Program-made: the position numbers and the translations under genes
In this document: in pieces, positions 46,296 to 56,053 of the stretch
Layout: each line of letters begins with the position of its first letter
Numbering within the stretch: the stretch's first letter is position 1
Notes under the pieces: generated by a model
Database searches by the model: none
What the model saw: the letters and a program-made list of their open reading frames with translations, nothing else
Told to the model about the DNA's origin: nothing
NCBI GenBank assembly: GCA_964490395.1
Contig: CAZBAS010000003.1
Span: 8,636-72,635, forward strand
Direction of reading: 5' to 3'
Origin: an uncultured Candidatus Saccharibacteria bacterium
GTDB lineage: Bacteria > Patescibacteriota > Doudnabacteria > UBA920
DNA length: 64,000 bases

Positions 46296-47417
46296 ATGGC
46301 AAAGTTAATTTACAATAATTCCAAAGACAGCACCTTCCGATATGCGGTAGGTGGTTTTGAAGTCGCTGATCCAACATTTGTATTAGATACTGACGGTAAA
46401 CGATTAATTTTTCTAGATCATCGTGAGTTTGGCATGTTCAAAACCCAAAATGCGAATCCAAATATTGAAGCAGTATTGGCTAATCCTTTGTGGGAGGAAG
46501 CACTGAGTATGCCTGGTGATGAGCGAGTAGAGGTTCGGTTCGGGTTCGTGATGTTACAGAAGTACAGACTGCCTACTAATCCGTTAGATGTCCCTCCAAA
46601 TTTTCCTATATTTATGGCAGATGGTTTACGCCGTTTAGGTGTAAGGCTAGATGCCGTTGACTCACTCTATCCAGAACGACTGCAAAAGAATAAACAAGAG
46701 ATAGAGTATATTCGTGCGGCTCTTGTAGCCACTCAGACGGCATTTAATTGCATTCAAGCAGTGCTCAAAGAGTCGAGCATTGTAGGTGATGAAATATTTT
46801 GGAACGACAAAGTTTTAACCTCTGAGCTTTTGAAAAGCGAAGCAGAACGAGTTTTACTAGAAGCTGGGATGAGCAGCGACGAAGAAATGGTTATTTCATG
46901 CGGCGGGCATGCGGCAATACCGCATCATCGAGGCGAAGGGGTGTTGCGGCCGCATACGACCATCGTCTGCGATATTTTTCCGAAGCATAAAAAAAGTGGT
47001 TACTATGCTGATATGACTCGCACATATGTGAAAGGGGAGCCAAGTGAATATGTACGAAAAATGTACCAGGCAGTAATAGACGCTCAGCAAAAAGGATTCG
47101 ATTCTATTCGAGCAGGTGCCCGAGCTTTAGATGTCCACACAGCTGTAGAGCAGGTATTTATAGATGCAGGTTTCCATACAGGTGATCTCGGTTTTATACA
47201 TGGTACCGGACATGGTTTGGGCTTAGATATACACGAACTGCCCTATATAAATAGAAACCATAGTGGCGTATTAGAAAGTGGGCATGTCGTAACGGTAGAG
47301 CCTGGGTTGTATTACGATGGGCACGGAGGTGTACGCATTGAAGACGTTGTAGTGGTCACGGAGGATGGTGTAGAAAATCTTACCCAGTACCCTAAGGATA
47401 ATTGGATAATAAGTTAG
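46296..47417 (+). CDS. M24 family metallopeptidase (Xaa-Pro aminopeptidase / creatinase-like)
   Basis: HGTGHGLGLDIHE and VTVEPGLYYDGHGGVRIEDVVVVTEDG motifs. The start was moved to the internal Met at 46296 (MAKLIYNN), which has better context than the ORF-track start at 46221. Confidence 0.7.
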   Translation: MAKLIYNNSKDSTFRYAVGGFEVADPTFVLDTDGKRLIFLDHREFGMFKTQNANPNIEAVLANPLWEEALSMPGDERVEVRFGFVMLQKYRLPTNPLDVPPNFPIFMADGLRRLGVRLDAVDSLYPERLQKNKQEIEYIRAALVATQTAFNCIQAVLKESSIVGDEIFWNDKVLTSELLKSEAERVLLEAGMSSDEEMVISCGGHAAIPHHRGEGVLRPHTTIVCDIFPKHKKSGYYADMTRTYVKGEPSEYVRKMYQAVIDAQQKGFDSIRAGARALDVHTAVEQVFIDAGFHTGDLGFIHGTGHGLGLDIHELPYINRNHSGVLESGHVVTVEPGLYYDGHGGVRIEDVVVVTEDGVENLTQYPKDNWIIS

Positions 47418-47898
47418 TAAGCCCTGTCGTGTAGTTTTCGAATTTGCAGATTCGTTTTTCATATGTGCGACTATGTGGGCGCAAGCCGTTTTTTATTTTA
47501 TGAAAAAATAAACCGTCCTCTAGGGGCGCAGGTCTTGGTATTGACTATAAAGTGTTTCGCGTGTAAAATTCTTTTTCGGTCACTTATGGAGTATGAATAT
47601 TCATACTTGCGATCCATTCATTTCCACACCGCTTATTCGTGTGCGCTTTGCTTAAGCAAGCTCCTTCTGAAGCGAGTGCATGAGAAATGTATGATACTTT
47701 ATCTCCGTTTGTACAAATCTAAAAGAGGTGTTTTTACTTGGGCCAGATATTCAGTTCCAGTGCGGACCATCGTAGTGATAAGTTCTGTAATGGACTGAAC
47801 TTGTGGCCGAAGATGCACTTCGGTAATTTGCCTATTTCGTTTGTGAAATATCCGCAATTAACGTAGTAGGCGCCAACCTTATAACCTGGAGGACGAAA

Positions 47899-48069
47899 AT
47901 GCTAGTAGCTTTGTTAGGTGTAGCCAAGCAGTTGTTAAGTTTAAAGGCAACGTGTCCCACGTGCGGCAAGACTTTTACCGCATTTGGCAATACGTATATG
48001 ATTGGGTTACATAGGAGGAATGGGGGCACTGGCCTCTGTACCTATACGGGAACAGTGAATGCTTCGTAA
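47899..48069 (+). CDS. Candidate small ORF (56 aa) containing CPTC...C, in an ORF-poor region
   Basis: GGAGGA lies 8 nt upstream of the ATG. The translation is MLVALLGVAKQLLSLKATCPTCGKTFTAFGNTYMIGLHRRNGGTGLCTYTGTVNAS. It is followed by a long near-perfect hairpin at 48095-48137. Confidence 0.25.
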   Translation: MLVALLGVAKQLLSLKATCPTCGKTFTAFGNTYMIGLHRRNGGTGLCTYTGTVNAS

Positions 48070-48327
48070 GCGAAGAGACAAAAAGATGTCCATTGCAGGA
48101 GTTGTAAAAGCTCCGCAATGGACATCAAGTCCCCGTAATTTAACTTAAAAGGAGAGTGTCTTCTCGAAATTGGTATGAAAGAAGTAAAAAGCAGAGTTCT
48201 GAGTCGAAATGCGACCCAGGACTTTTTTATTAGTTCAACTTGGTGTTGTTTGTCTAAGCTTTGTCATAACCAACAATACTTACTCAAGTATGGTATAATA
48301 AAAGGGCAATTTTAGTGGGTAAAAAAC

Positions 48328-48921
48328 ATGAAACAAAAAAAAGATGATGTGCTGGGCTTGCCAGAGAGTATGATGCCAGACAGAGGGCATAGAACTGGCC
48401 TTGGGCCAAAGGTGCACGTACCATCGGGTCGCGGTGGTAGGCCTTTTTCGGGTCGCACTGCTACGTATATAGTAGTGGGCGCGGTAGTGTTGGCAGTTTT
48501 GGTATACATCCCAACCTATATTAAAAACCACAAAAAACAAGCAGCATCGGAAACGCAAAAAATTACTGTGCAGGTAAACCGCTTGCCCGAGGGTTTGCCC
48601 GCAGACTTACCGTTCTTGGGTTCAGAAAAAGTTGTGCATAATTTTTCTGTAGAAACAGCGGACCAAGGCACTGGCGCAGTTCGTCAGTGGCAGGTGAATA
48701 AGTCTGTAGCGGAAATTACAGAAAGCTATAAAACGTACTTTAAAACATTTGGCTGGGAAATAGTAACCGATGCGAGCCAGGGCGGCATGGCAATACTGGG
48801 AGCAGGTAAAAGCGGGGACTTTATGACTGTATCTATAAAACAAGTTGCTGGCGATGGCGCAGGAAGTACCATTGAAGTGAGTGTGCGCCGCATTCCCGAT
48901 AGTACCGTAGCTGCGGACTAA
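48328..48921 (+). CDS. Hypothetical membrane-anchored protein
   Basis: 197 aa with one TM helix (YIVVGAVVLAVLVYIPTYI) and an extracytoplasmic C-terminal domain. Confidence 0.45.
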   Translation: MKQKKDDVLGLPESMMPDRGHRTGLGPKVHVPSGRGGRPFSGRTATYIVVGAVVLAVLVYIPTYIKNHKKQAASETQKITVQVNRLPEGLPADLPFLGSEKVVHNFSVETADQGTGAVRQWQVNKSVAEITESYKTYFKTFGWEIVTDASQGGMAILGAGKSGDFMTVSIKQVAGDGAGSTIEVSVRRIPDSTVAAD

Positions 48922-48963
48922 TTTTTATATACCTTTTTGTATTTTGAACTAATGTAACGCTTT

Positions 48964-51774
48964 ATGAATTCGTTTATCTCGTCTAAGGAATATACCCGCC
49001 ACGCCTGGTCACTGCTGCTTAAGGTTGGTTTCGCAGCTTTACTTGTGGCTGGTTTCTTTTTAATGGGGCACTCCCAAACTGCTATTGCGGAAGGGTGTCC
49101 AGATAGCCAACGGGTTACCTTTGAAGGTAGTCGTTCGAGTGGCGGTGTAGGTCAGTTTTGTGAATATGGGAGCCCTCAATGTCCTTCTGGTTACCACCTG
49201 TCCAGCTGCGGGGCTACATCACTCGACGCGCCTTTGCCTTCGGGCCCAGGTACTTGTTCGGTTGAGTGTACCTGTACGTCGGATGACTATTCATGCATGG
49301 GTCCACCTCCACCCCCAGGTCCAACACCTCCGCCTCCACCGCCTTCTGGCACCCCAAGTGGAAATATTCGTGCCAATCCAAACCCCTGCAGCATTACAGG
49401 GTCTGCTTCAGCGTGCACTTCTAACATTACGTGGAATACGGATTATGTAGATTCAGTGGAAGTTATGGTTCGGAAAAACAATGGCCCCGAAGCATTGTTT
49501 AGTACAAATGCAACTTGTGGCGGCACAGCTTGCCCTGCTCCGTGGATTACCGCTAGCCCAGATTACTTTGATTTTACACTCTATGGTTTTAGCGGTGGCG
49601 TACGTACTTCTTTAGATACCGTGAGAGTTACTGGCGTGCGCCAAACTCCTCCAGATACTCAGCCTCAGGGAAATTTTGAAAATCTTACCTGCAGCCCTGC
49701 AGGTAGCGGCGGCAGCATACAAGGCTGGGCATTTGATGCAGATAGTCCAAGTATTTCTATAGATGTCCATATATATAAAGATGGTCCTGCGGGTGCGGGT
49801 GGTGTGTTTGTTGGCGTTATTCGGGCCGATGCCTATCGTCCAGACGTAAACACAGCGTTTGGTATTGCCGGTAACCATGGGTTTTATATGAGCCCATTGC
49901 CAGCAGCACTGCGTGACGGTGCGACTCACCAGGTATATTTGTATGCCATTAACACAAACGGCACTGGTCCAAATCCGCTTATAAACGGTTCACCTAAACC
50001 AGTACAGTGCCCTGTAGAGCCTACCTGTCCAAATACGCAACTCTTTGCTGTAGCCCTTGCAGATACTACCATTCGTGTAGGCGAAACTACTCTGGCGTTT
50101 GCGCCAAACGGTTGGAGTGGTGGTACTTTTACTACTTCTAACTCTGGGGTTGCCAGTGTGGCAGCGCCACAAGGCTCGTCTGCTGTTATAACCGCTAAAG
50201 CTGTGGGTGTTACCAACATAGCCGGGGAAGGATGGACCGCCTCGAACGGTGCTACTGGTTGTGGTCTTGGCTCACAGCAACTTTTTGTGGAGGCGGCAGT
50301 AGCTACCGGCTCTATTCAGGCCAATCCAAACCCTATTAAAGTATGTGTACCCGAGACAACGGGGGCTACCAATATAACTGCTAAGGCAGACGCGCCTGCA
50401 GAAGTAAGAATATACAATGCAAATGGCCAACCAGACGGCGCGGTGCTATTTACCCTGCTCGCCAATGAAACTAAAACTATTCCAACAGGAAATTGGGTAA
50501 AAAATGGTACCGAGTTTAGGCTGAGAACTACTGGTAATGGCGCAAAGCAGCTTGCTTCAGTAACCGTGGGTGTAAATGCCGAAGATTGCAAACAAGTTGA
50601 AAAGCCAATAGTAGATTTGAAAGCCGTGCCAAACCCCGTTGACTATGGTAGTTCAAGCAATCTTATTTGGCGCCAAATTGGCGGACCAGCAGATGAATGT
50701 AAAGCAATAGCAGGACCAGGGTTCAACACCAATGGCGCTGTAGAAGGAAATGACCAATCTGCTCCGTTATTTGCAGAATCAACATTTACTATTACCTGTA
50801 AAGGTCCGGGGGGTGCAGATACTAAGAGTGTTACGGTAAGCGTGCGGAGTGAAGTCGGCGGCCCCATAGATGCATGGGTAGACAACACCAACACCGCGAG
50901 CGGCTCTGGGCTTGGTGTGGCAGTAGACTGTGGGACTATTTTGGGAACGTGGACAAAACCAAAAGCGGGTGTAGATGGTTACCGCATTTATTACTACAAT
51001 ACCAACTCTGCATCGTGGATTATGCTTAAGCAGGTGCCTGCAGCTCAGGTGCAAGGATATGGAACAAGAATTGGACAAGTGTTTACACCCCCAAGTGTAA
51101 ATACACCGTATAGATACCGAGTGTATACCTATAAGGGTGCGCAGGAAGGCGTTGCAAAAAACGATGCATTCGGTTCTCCTATAGCTGCTGTGCCTTGTGA
51201 CGCAGGCGAGGGTGACTTATCTCCATCTAACAAAGACATTATTCGCATACGCAACAAAGACTTGGTATGGGATGCAAAAACAACGCAGGATCATGCCATA
51301 GAGCCAGCATTGCCTATAGTGGCGGGTGATAGCGTGAAGTTTGCTATTAACCTTGTGAACGGCGGCACCACGGCTATATCTACACCTATTAAAGTAGATG
51401 ATTTGCTTACCAACGTTGTAAAGCCTGCAGTTGCTGGCGGATTCAATTTGTCAGTAAGTTGTGAGGCAAGTGGCCAGTGTCAGCTCAAAAATTTTGCGTA
51501 TGATCCTGGTACTAACCGCATGAGTATGATAGTTGCGCCAACGCCCGGAAACAGCCTTGCACCGCTGTCTGGTGAAGTGTGGACCATAACCTTTACCACA
51601 AAAACACAAGCACCTGCTGGGCAAGTGGGAAGACCGTTCAGGTTCCAAAATGTTGCTTGCTTGAATTTGCCCGCAGGGGTGCCGTGTGAGAAAGATGTGA
51701 CCACGCCGCTTCTCATAACGCCATACATTTTAGTACTACCAGCTGGTGCGCCAACGTTTGAGGAAATACAATAA
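48964..51774 (+). CDS. Large secreted/surface protein with a Cys-rich N-terminus, a poly-Pro linker, a GWAFD-type domain and Ig-like (Big_2-like) domains
   Basis: 936 aa with an N-terminal TM/signal sequence and a PPPPPGPTPPPPPPSGTP linker. The domain GWAFDADS...RPDVNTAFGIAGNHGF...HQVYLYA is shared with the 7691 ORF. A Big_2-like segment is also present (ASVAAPQGSSAVITAKAVGVTNIAGEGW). Confidence 0.55.
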   Translation: MNSFISSKEYTRHAWSLLLKVGFAALLVAGFFLMGHSQTAIAEGCPDSQRVTFEGSRSSGGVGQFCEYGSPQCPSGYHLSSCGATSLDAPLPSGPGTCSVECTCTSDDYSCMGPPPPPGPTPPPPPPSGTPSGNIRANPNPCSITGSASACTSNITWNTDYVDSVEVMVRKNNGPEALFSTNATCGGTACPAPWITASPDYFDFTLYGFSGGVRTSLDTVRVTGVRQTPPDTQPQGNFENLTCSPAGSGGSIQGWAFDADSPSISIDVHIYKDGPAGAGGVFVGVIRADAYRPDVNTAFGIAGNHGFYMSPLPAALRDGATHQVYLYAINTNGTGPNPLINGSPKPVQCPVEPTCPNTQLFAVALADTTIRVGETTLAFAPNGWSGGTFTTSNSGVASVAAPQGSSAVITAKAVGVTNIAGEGWTASNGATGCGLGSQQLFVEAAVATGSIQANPNPIKVCVPETTGATNITAKADAPAEVRIYNANGQPDGAVLFTLLANETKTIPTGNWVKNGTEFRLRTTGNGAKQLASVTVGVNAEDCKQVEKPIVDLKAVPNPVDYGSSSNLIWRQIGGPADECKAIAGPGFNTNGAVEGNDQSAPLFAESTFTITCKGPGGADTKSVTVSVRSEVGGPIDAWVDNTNTASGSGLGVAVDCGTILGTWTKPKAGVDGYRIYYYNTNSASWIMLKQVPAAQVQGYGTRIGQVFTPPSVNTPYRYRVYTYKGAQEGVAKNDAFGSPIAAVPCDAGEGDLSPSNKDIIRIRNKDLVWDAKTTQDHAIEPALPIVAGDSVKFAINLVNGGTTAISTPIKVDDLLTNVVKPAVAGGFNLSVSCEASGQCQLKNFAYDPGTNRMSMIVAPTPGNSLAPLSGEVWTITFTTKTQAPAGQVGRPFRFQNVACLNLPAGVPCEKDVTTPLLITPYILVLPAGAPTFEEIQ

Positions 51775-51859
51775 CACTATCCAAATTTACTAATAAGACA
51801 AATCTACGGATGGCTACGGATAAATGCACAAAAACCAATAACCTTAAACAAGATTAGTT

Positions 51860-52729
51860 ATGAACGTAAAAGTGAGTAAGAAAAAAACAATTGAAGAGAG
51901 CGATGAGGGTTTGGAAGATATTTTAGAGGACTTAGAGCAGGACGAAGCAGAAGTAACCCCGGAAGAAGCCGCGCTGGTGGCAAATCGTCGCATGGCAAGA
52001 GTGGCCTATTATAGCGCAGCGGCGAGTATTGTCACTGTAATTATATTTGCCTGGCTGGCAAGTTTCTATGTAATTAACCTCGAAACAAAGCTCAATGAGT
52101 CGAGCGCTGCTACCATGCAGCAACTCGATGGTCGCATATCTAAGCTTGAGTCTTCGGGTCTGGCAGCTCAAAAGCCAGCCGAACCAACGTTTGTGAACTT
52201 TACTGTACCGGAGAATGCTCCTCGACTGGGCTCTAGCGATGCCAAAGTAACCGTGGTGGAGTTTGCGGATTTTCAATGTCCATATTGCGGTAAGTTTCAG
52301 GAAACAGTGTATACACAGCTGAAGAAAGACTATATAGATACAGGTAAGATTTCGTTTGCATACCAAGACTTTACCTTCCTGGGTGAAGAGTCAGATGTGG
52401 CTGCGCAGGCAGCAAAGTGCGCAGGTGAGCAGGGTAAGTTCTGGGAATATCATGACTACTTGTTCTCTCACCAAAAAGGGGAGAACCAGGGCGCATTCGT
52501 GGCCAAGAACCTCAAGACGTTCGCTAAAACTTTGAAGCTTAAAACTGCAGATTTTAATACCTGTCTCGATTCTGGTAAATTTGCAAGTGCCGTAGAAGAG
52601 GAAACCGCGGGCGGCCGCGCCCTAGGCATTACTGGAACTCCAACTATTTTAGTAAACGGCAAGGTTTATGTAGGTGCTTTGCCCTATGCAACCTTTAAAC
52701 AAGCCATTGAAGAAGCTTTGGCAAAGTAA
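51860..52729 (+). CDS. dsbA: DsbA-like thiol:disulfide oxidoreductase (thioredoxin fold)
   Basis: N-terminal TM anchor and the active site FADFQCPYCGKF with a downstream DsbA-like region. Confidence 0.7.
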   Translation: MNVKVSKKKTIEESDEGLEDILEDLEQDEAEVTPEEAALVANRRMARVAYYSAAASIVTVIIFAWLASFYVINLETKLNESSAATMQQLDGRISKLESSGLAAQKPAEPTFVNFTVPENAPRLGSSDAKVTVVEFADFQCPYCGKFQETVYTQLKKDYIDTGKISFAYQDFTFLGEESDVAAQAAKCAGEQGKFWEYHDYLFSHQKGENQGAFVAKNLKTFAKTLKLKTADFNTCLDSGKFASAVEEETAGGRALGITGTPTILVNGKVYVGALPYATFKQAIEEALAK

Positions 52730-52789
52730 TTTTCCACTTAGTGCCTTTCAAAATATGGTATAGTATTAATAAAGTAATTATTTATTCTC

Positions 52790-53338
52790 ATGAAATATAC
52801 ACTTATTGCAATTGTACTTGCCGCAGTTATTGTGGCTGTAGTGGGTTATATAGTCTTAAGTGCTAAAGACAATACTCCGTCATCGCCCGCGCCTGCGAAA
52901 ACACAGCAGCAGAATTCTTCTACGACAAAGCAGTCGACCGATGCAAAGCCTGCCCCTGGTGCTGAAGCGGCCACTGAATCAAAAAATCCACTGGCTACGT
53001 TGAAGTTCCCTGGTTCTGGGGCATCCAAAGAAGACTATACAGCGTTTAATGAAAAGGTGTATGGTATGTCGGTGGCGGTAAACAAAATAACCATAACTGG
53101 CTGTGTTGCTGATCCTTTAGTTATCCGTGTTCCCAAAGCCACTCAGTTCACAATTCACAATAACGACGCAACTGAGCACAAGCTTTCTAACTTGGGTAGC
53201 ACTACTCCCGTAGTCTTGCCAGCAAAGGGAGATGCGCAGGTCACCCTTAAAGATATAGGGGTGTATGGGTATGCGTGTGACGCTACTTCACAACGAAGTG
53301 TAACTGCGGGCATTGTGGCGGTTATGGATGCAAAATAA
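52790..53338 (+). CDS. Membrane-anchored cupredoxin-like domain protein with a non-canonical ligand set
   Basis: ITITGCVADPLVIRVPKATQFTIHNNDATEH...GVYGYACDATSQRSVTAGIVAV follows the cupredoxin_1 pattern (G.Y.f.C....G.i.V), but the second His and the Met ligands are absent. Confidence 0.4.
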   Translation: MKYTLIAIVLAAVIVAVVGYIVLSAKDNTPSSPAPAKTQQQNSSTTKQSTDAKPAPGAEAATESKNPLATLKFPGSGASKEDYTAFNEKVYGMSVAVNKITITGCVADPLVIRVPKATQFTIHNNDATEHKLSNLGSTTPVVLPAKGDAQVTLKDIGVYGYACDATSQRSVTAGIVAVMDAK

Positions 53339-53404
53339 CGTACGTTGTTTATAGATTTTACATAAATACTGGCCGCGTGCCAGTATTTTTAGTATCATAG
53401 AAGT

Positions 53405-54703
53405 ATGAGACATTTACCTGTGGCGACGCAAAAGCGCATTGTATATATCCTAGGTGGTCTGCTTTCTATTGCGATCGTAGTTCTGATTGTAATGCAGCGG
53501 CATGCAGTGCTGTCTAGGCAAGGCGCTACCGTTACGGGTACTGATATGGCACAAGCTGCACCGGATTATAGTGCAGATATTGATGAAGTGGCTGCACATG
53601 AAAGAGATTGGAATTTTGAACAAACGCAGACATTTTTTAAGTCTCTTGCCGAGCGAAAAGGCGGAGAGTATGCGTATGAGATTTTAAAAAGAGCACCGCT
53701 TCCACCCAATATGGATTTGCATTTACTTGGGCACGTGGTGGGGGATGTGTTGTATAAACAGGAGGGTGTGGCAGGCATGCGAGTGTGTACTCAAGATTTT
53801 CGAAATGCCTGTTCGCACGCAATTGTAGTAGGTTTGTTTGGCGACCAGGGGGAGGCGGCTTTGCCTCAAATAGTAGAAGCATGCAGGAAAGCTCCTGGCG
53901 GAACAGGTGCGTATACTATGTGCTTTCATGGTCTAGGGCATGGTATCTTTGCCGCCATGGCCTACAATGTGCCAAATACAGTTGCTATGTGCGCGAAGAC
54001 AGGCAGTGCGCCTGGATCACAAAGCCGGGAAGCAGTTGAATGTGTAGGGGGGATGATCATGGAACTGATGGGCGGAGGTGATCACGATAAGGAGCTGTGG
54101 GCGAAAAAGCGCGCTTTGTACGTAAGTGATAGTCAGCCGCTTCGTCCGTGTATTGACTCAATAATCCCCAAGGAGGCGAAGTATATGTGCTATGTATATC
54201 TTACTCCCCACCTATTTCAGGCCGCTGGGGCAGACTTGGGTCATCCAACTCCAGATAATTTTAAAAAAGCTTTTACCTTTTGTGATGTTCTTCCTGCGGC
54301 AGACGTTTCGGATCGCGATGCGTGTTTTGGAGGTTTTGGCAAGGAATTTACCGTACTTGCTCAGGACCGTGATATACGACAGAATTCACTCCTTCGTATC
54401 CGTGATGAACAATTAAAATTAGTGTATTCGTGGTGTAAACTGACTCCAAATAAAAACGGGAGTGCCGCGTGTATTGTAAGCGCAATGAATTCGTTGTATT
54501 GGGGGGCTGAGAATCCTGCTTCCTTGCCCATACGCTTTTGCAAACAGATTGATGACTCGTATCTAGCGGGATCTTGCTATACTGCATTTTTTTCTGCGGT
54601 TCGCCAATATGCTCGGACGCCTCAAGATCGAGCCGCCGTCTGTAATCAGATGCCTGATGCGTGGCAAGAGCCGTGTAAAAATGAACTCATTTCTCGTTCC
54701 TAA
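53405..54703 (+). CDS. Cys/His-rich membrane-anchored extracytoplasmic protein, paralog family member A1
   Basis: N-terminal TM helix. Motifs HLLGHVVG, CTQDFRNACSHAIVVGLFG, MCFHGLGHGIF and ECVGGMIMEL are shared with 57856 and, more distantly, with 54706 and 58966. Confidence 0.55.
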   Translation: MRHLPVATQKRIVYILGGLLSIAIVVLIVMQRHAVLSRQGATVTGTDMAQAAPDYSADIDEVAAHERDWNFEQTQTFFKSLAERKGGEYAYEILKRAPLPPNMDLHLLGHVVGDVLYKQEGVAGMRVCTQDFRNACSHAIVVGLFGDQGEAALPQIVEACRKAPGGTGAYTMCFHGLGHGIFAAMAYNVPNTVAMCAKTGSAPGSQSREAVECVGGMIMELMGGGDHDKELWAKKRALYVSDSQPLRPCIDSIIPKEAKYMCYVYLTPHLFQAAGADLGHPTPDNFKKAFTFCDVLPAADVSDRDACFGGFGKEFTVLAQDRDIRQNSLLRIRDEQLKLVYSWCKLTPNKNGSAACIVSAMNSLYWGAENPASLPIRFCKQIDDSYLAGSCYTAFFSAVRQYARTPQDRAAVCNQMPDAWQEPCKNELISRS

Positions 54704-54705
54704 TT

Positions 54706-55980
54706 ATGAAACTTCATCCTCGTAAACATATTTCACAGTTATTGCGAAGCCCGTTACAAACGGGCTTGCTCGTGCTTGCGGTGGGAATGGGGGTAATCGC
54801 TCTTTTATACGCACGAGGTGTGCGGGTCCATACCGCAAACGATGTTTTCAACAGAAACGTTGTTAGTGGCACCATGCGGGAGGAAAAACCCAATCTTAAA
54901 ACCTATGCTGATACGTTAGTTGCGCAATGTGCTCATAGCGAGTATCACCCAACGTGCTACGACGACGCTATTCCTAAGCTAATGGACACCCTTACGATGG
55001 AACAGGCTTTTCAAGTGACAGCGATGGTGCAAGACCGAGATAGGAGCTATGCGTATTGCCATGTGTTAGGTCATAAGCTATCAGCAATTGAGGTTGCGAA
55101 GGATCCTAGTAAATGGAAAGAAGTCATTACTCGTTCTCCTCGGGGCATTTGCTCAAACGGAGCAATACACGGTGCGTTCCAGGAGCGGTTCAGGCGCGAG
55201 TCTTTGACCGATCAAGAAGTGGTTGACTTAAAACCAGAACTCCAAGATGTGTGTGAACCTCGCGGGGCTTGGAAGCCAACCGGTTTAGAGCAAGGCAGTT
55301 GTTACCATGCCCTTGGGCATTTAACCATGTATATTACCGATGGTCATATTGAAAAGGCTGTTGCTCTCTGTGGCGATTTGGCGTTAAAAAAGAACGGCCA
55401 AGCAGACTGGCGACAATTGTGTTATGATGGCTCATTTATGCAAATATTCCAACCACTTGAGCCGGATGATTTTGCTTTGGTGAAAGGTAAACAACCTACT
55501 AAAGAGCAGCTGCCCAGTTTCTGCAGTAAATTTTCAGGACTCATGCGCGGCCCTTGCTGGAATGAAGCGTGGCCGCTTTCGCGTGATCAGATTCTAACTG
55601 CCAAAGGGTTGGATCGGTATTGTGGAAGTCAGTTTTTGTCAGTCAAAGCGGACATTGATCGCTGTTATACTGCATTGTTCTACGTAGTTACGGCACAATT
55701 GGGTTTGGACGTTTCTAAGGTTGGTGGGTTTTGTACCGGCCTTACAGATGCGGTGCATCGCGGTGCTTGTTTTGCCAATGGTGCGGGCCGTATGATAGAA
55801 ACGGATTATAGAAATATCCCTACCGCGTTAGATCTGTGCGCTCACTCTCAAGACGCGCAAGAGGCTTGTTACGGGGAATTGTTGAAAGATGTAAGTTATG
55901 ATTTTCCTCCAGGCTCTCCTGACGCTGCTAAACTGTGCGCTGGTATGCCTGAGCCGTGGAAAACAAAATGCGTTCGATAG
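54706..55980 (+). CDS. Cys/His-rich membrane-anchored extracytoplasmic protein, paralog family member B1
   Basis: Starts 3 nt after A1. Motifs CHVLGHKLS, ICSNGAIHGAFQERF, SCYHALGHLTMYI and LCYDGSFMQIF align with those of 58966. Confidence 0.55.
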   Translation: MKLHPRKHISQLLRSPLQTGLLVLAVGMGVIALLYARGVRVHTANDVFNRNVVSGTMREEKPNLKTYADTLVAQCAHSEYHPTCYDDAIPKLMDTLTMEQAFQVTAMVQDRDRSYAYCHVLGHKLSAIEVAKDPSKWKEVITRSPRGICSNGAIHGAFQERFRRESLTDQEVVDLKPELQDVCEPRGAWKPTGLEQGSCYHALGHLTMYITDGHIEKAVALCGDLALKKNGQADWRQLCYDGSFMQIFQPLEPDDFALVKGKQPTKEQLPSFCSKFSGLMRGPCWNEAWPLSRDQILTAKGLDRYCGSQFLSVKADIDRCYTALFYVVTAQLGLDVSKVGGFCTGLTDAVHRGACFANGAGRMIETDYRNIPTALDLCAHSQDAQEACYGELLKDVSYDFPPGSPDAAKLCAGMPEPWKTKCVR

Positions 55981-56053
55981 AGTTTTAAAATGAGGAATAA
56001 GGCAATATATGCGGCCCTGCACGCGTAGTGCTCTTATATCCTTAGCGAAGTGG

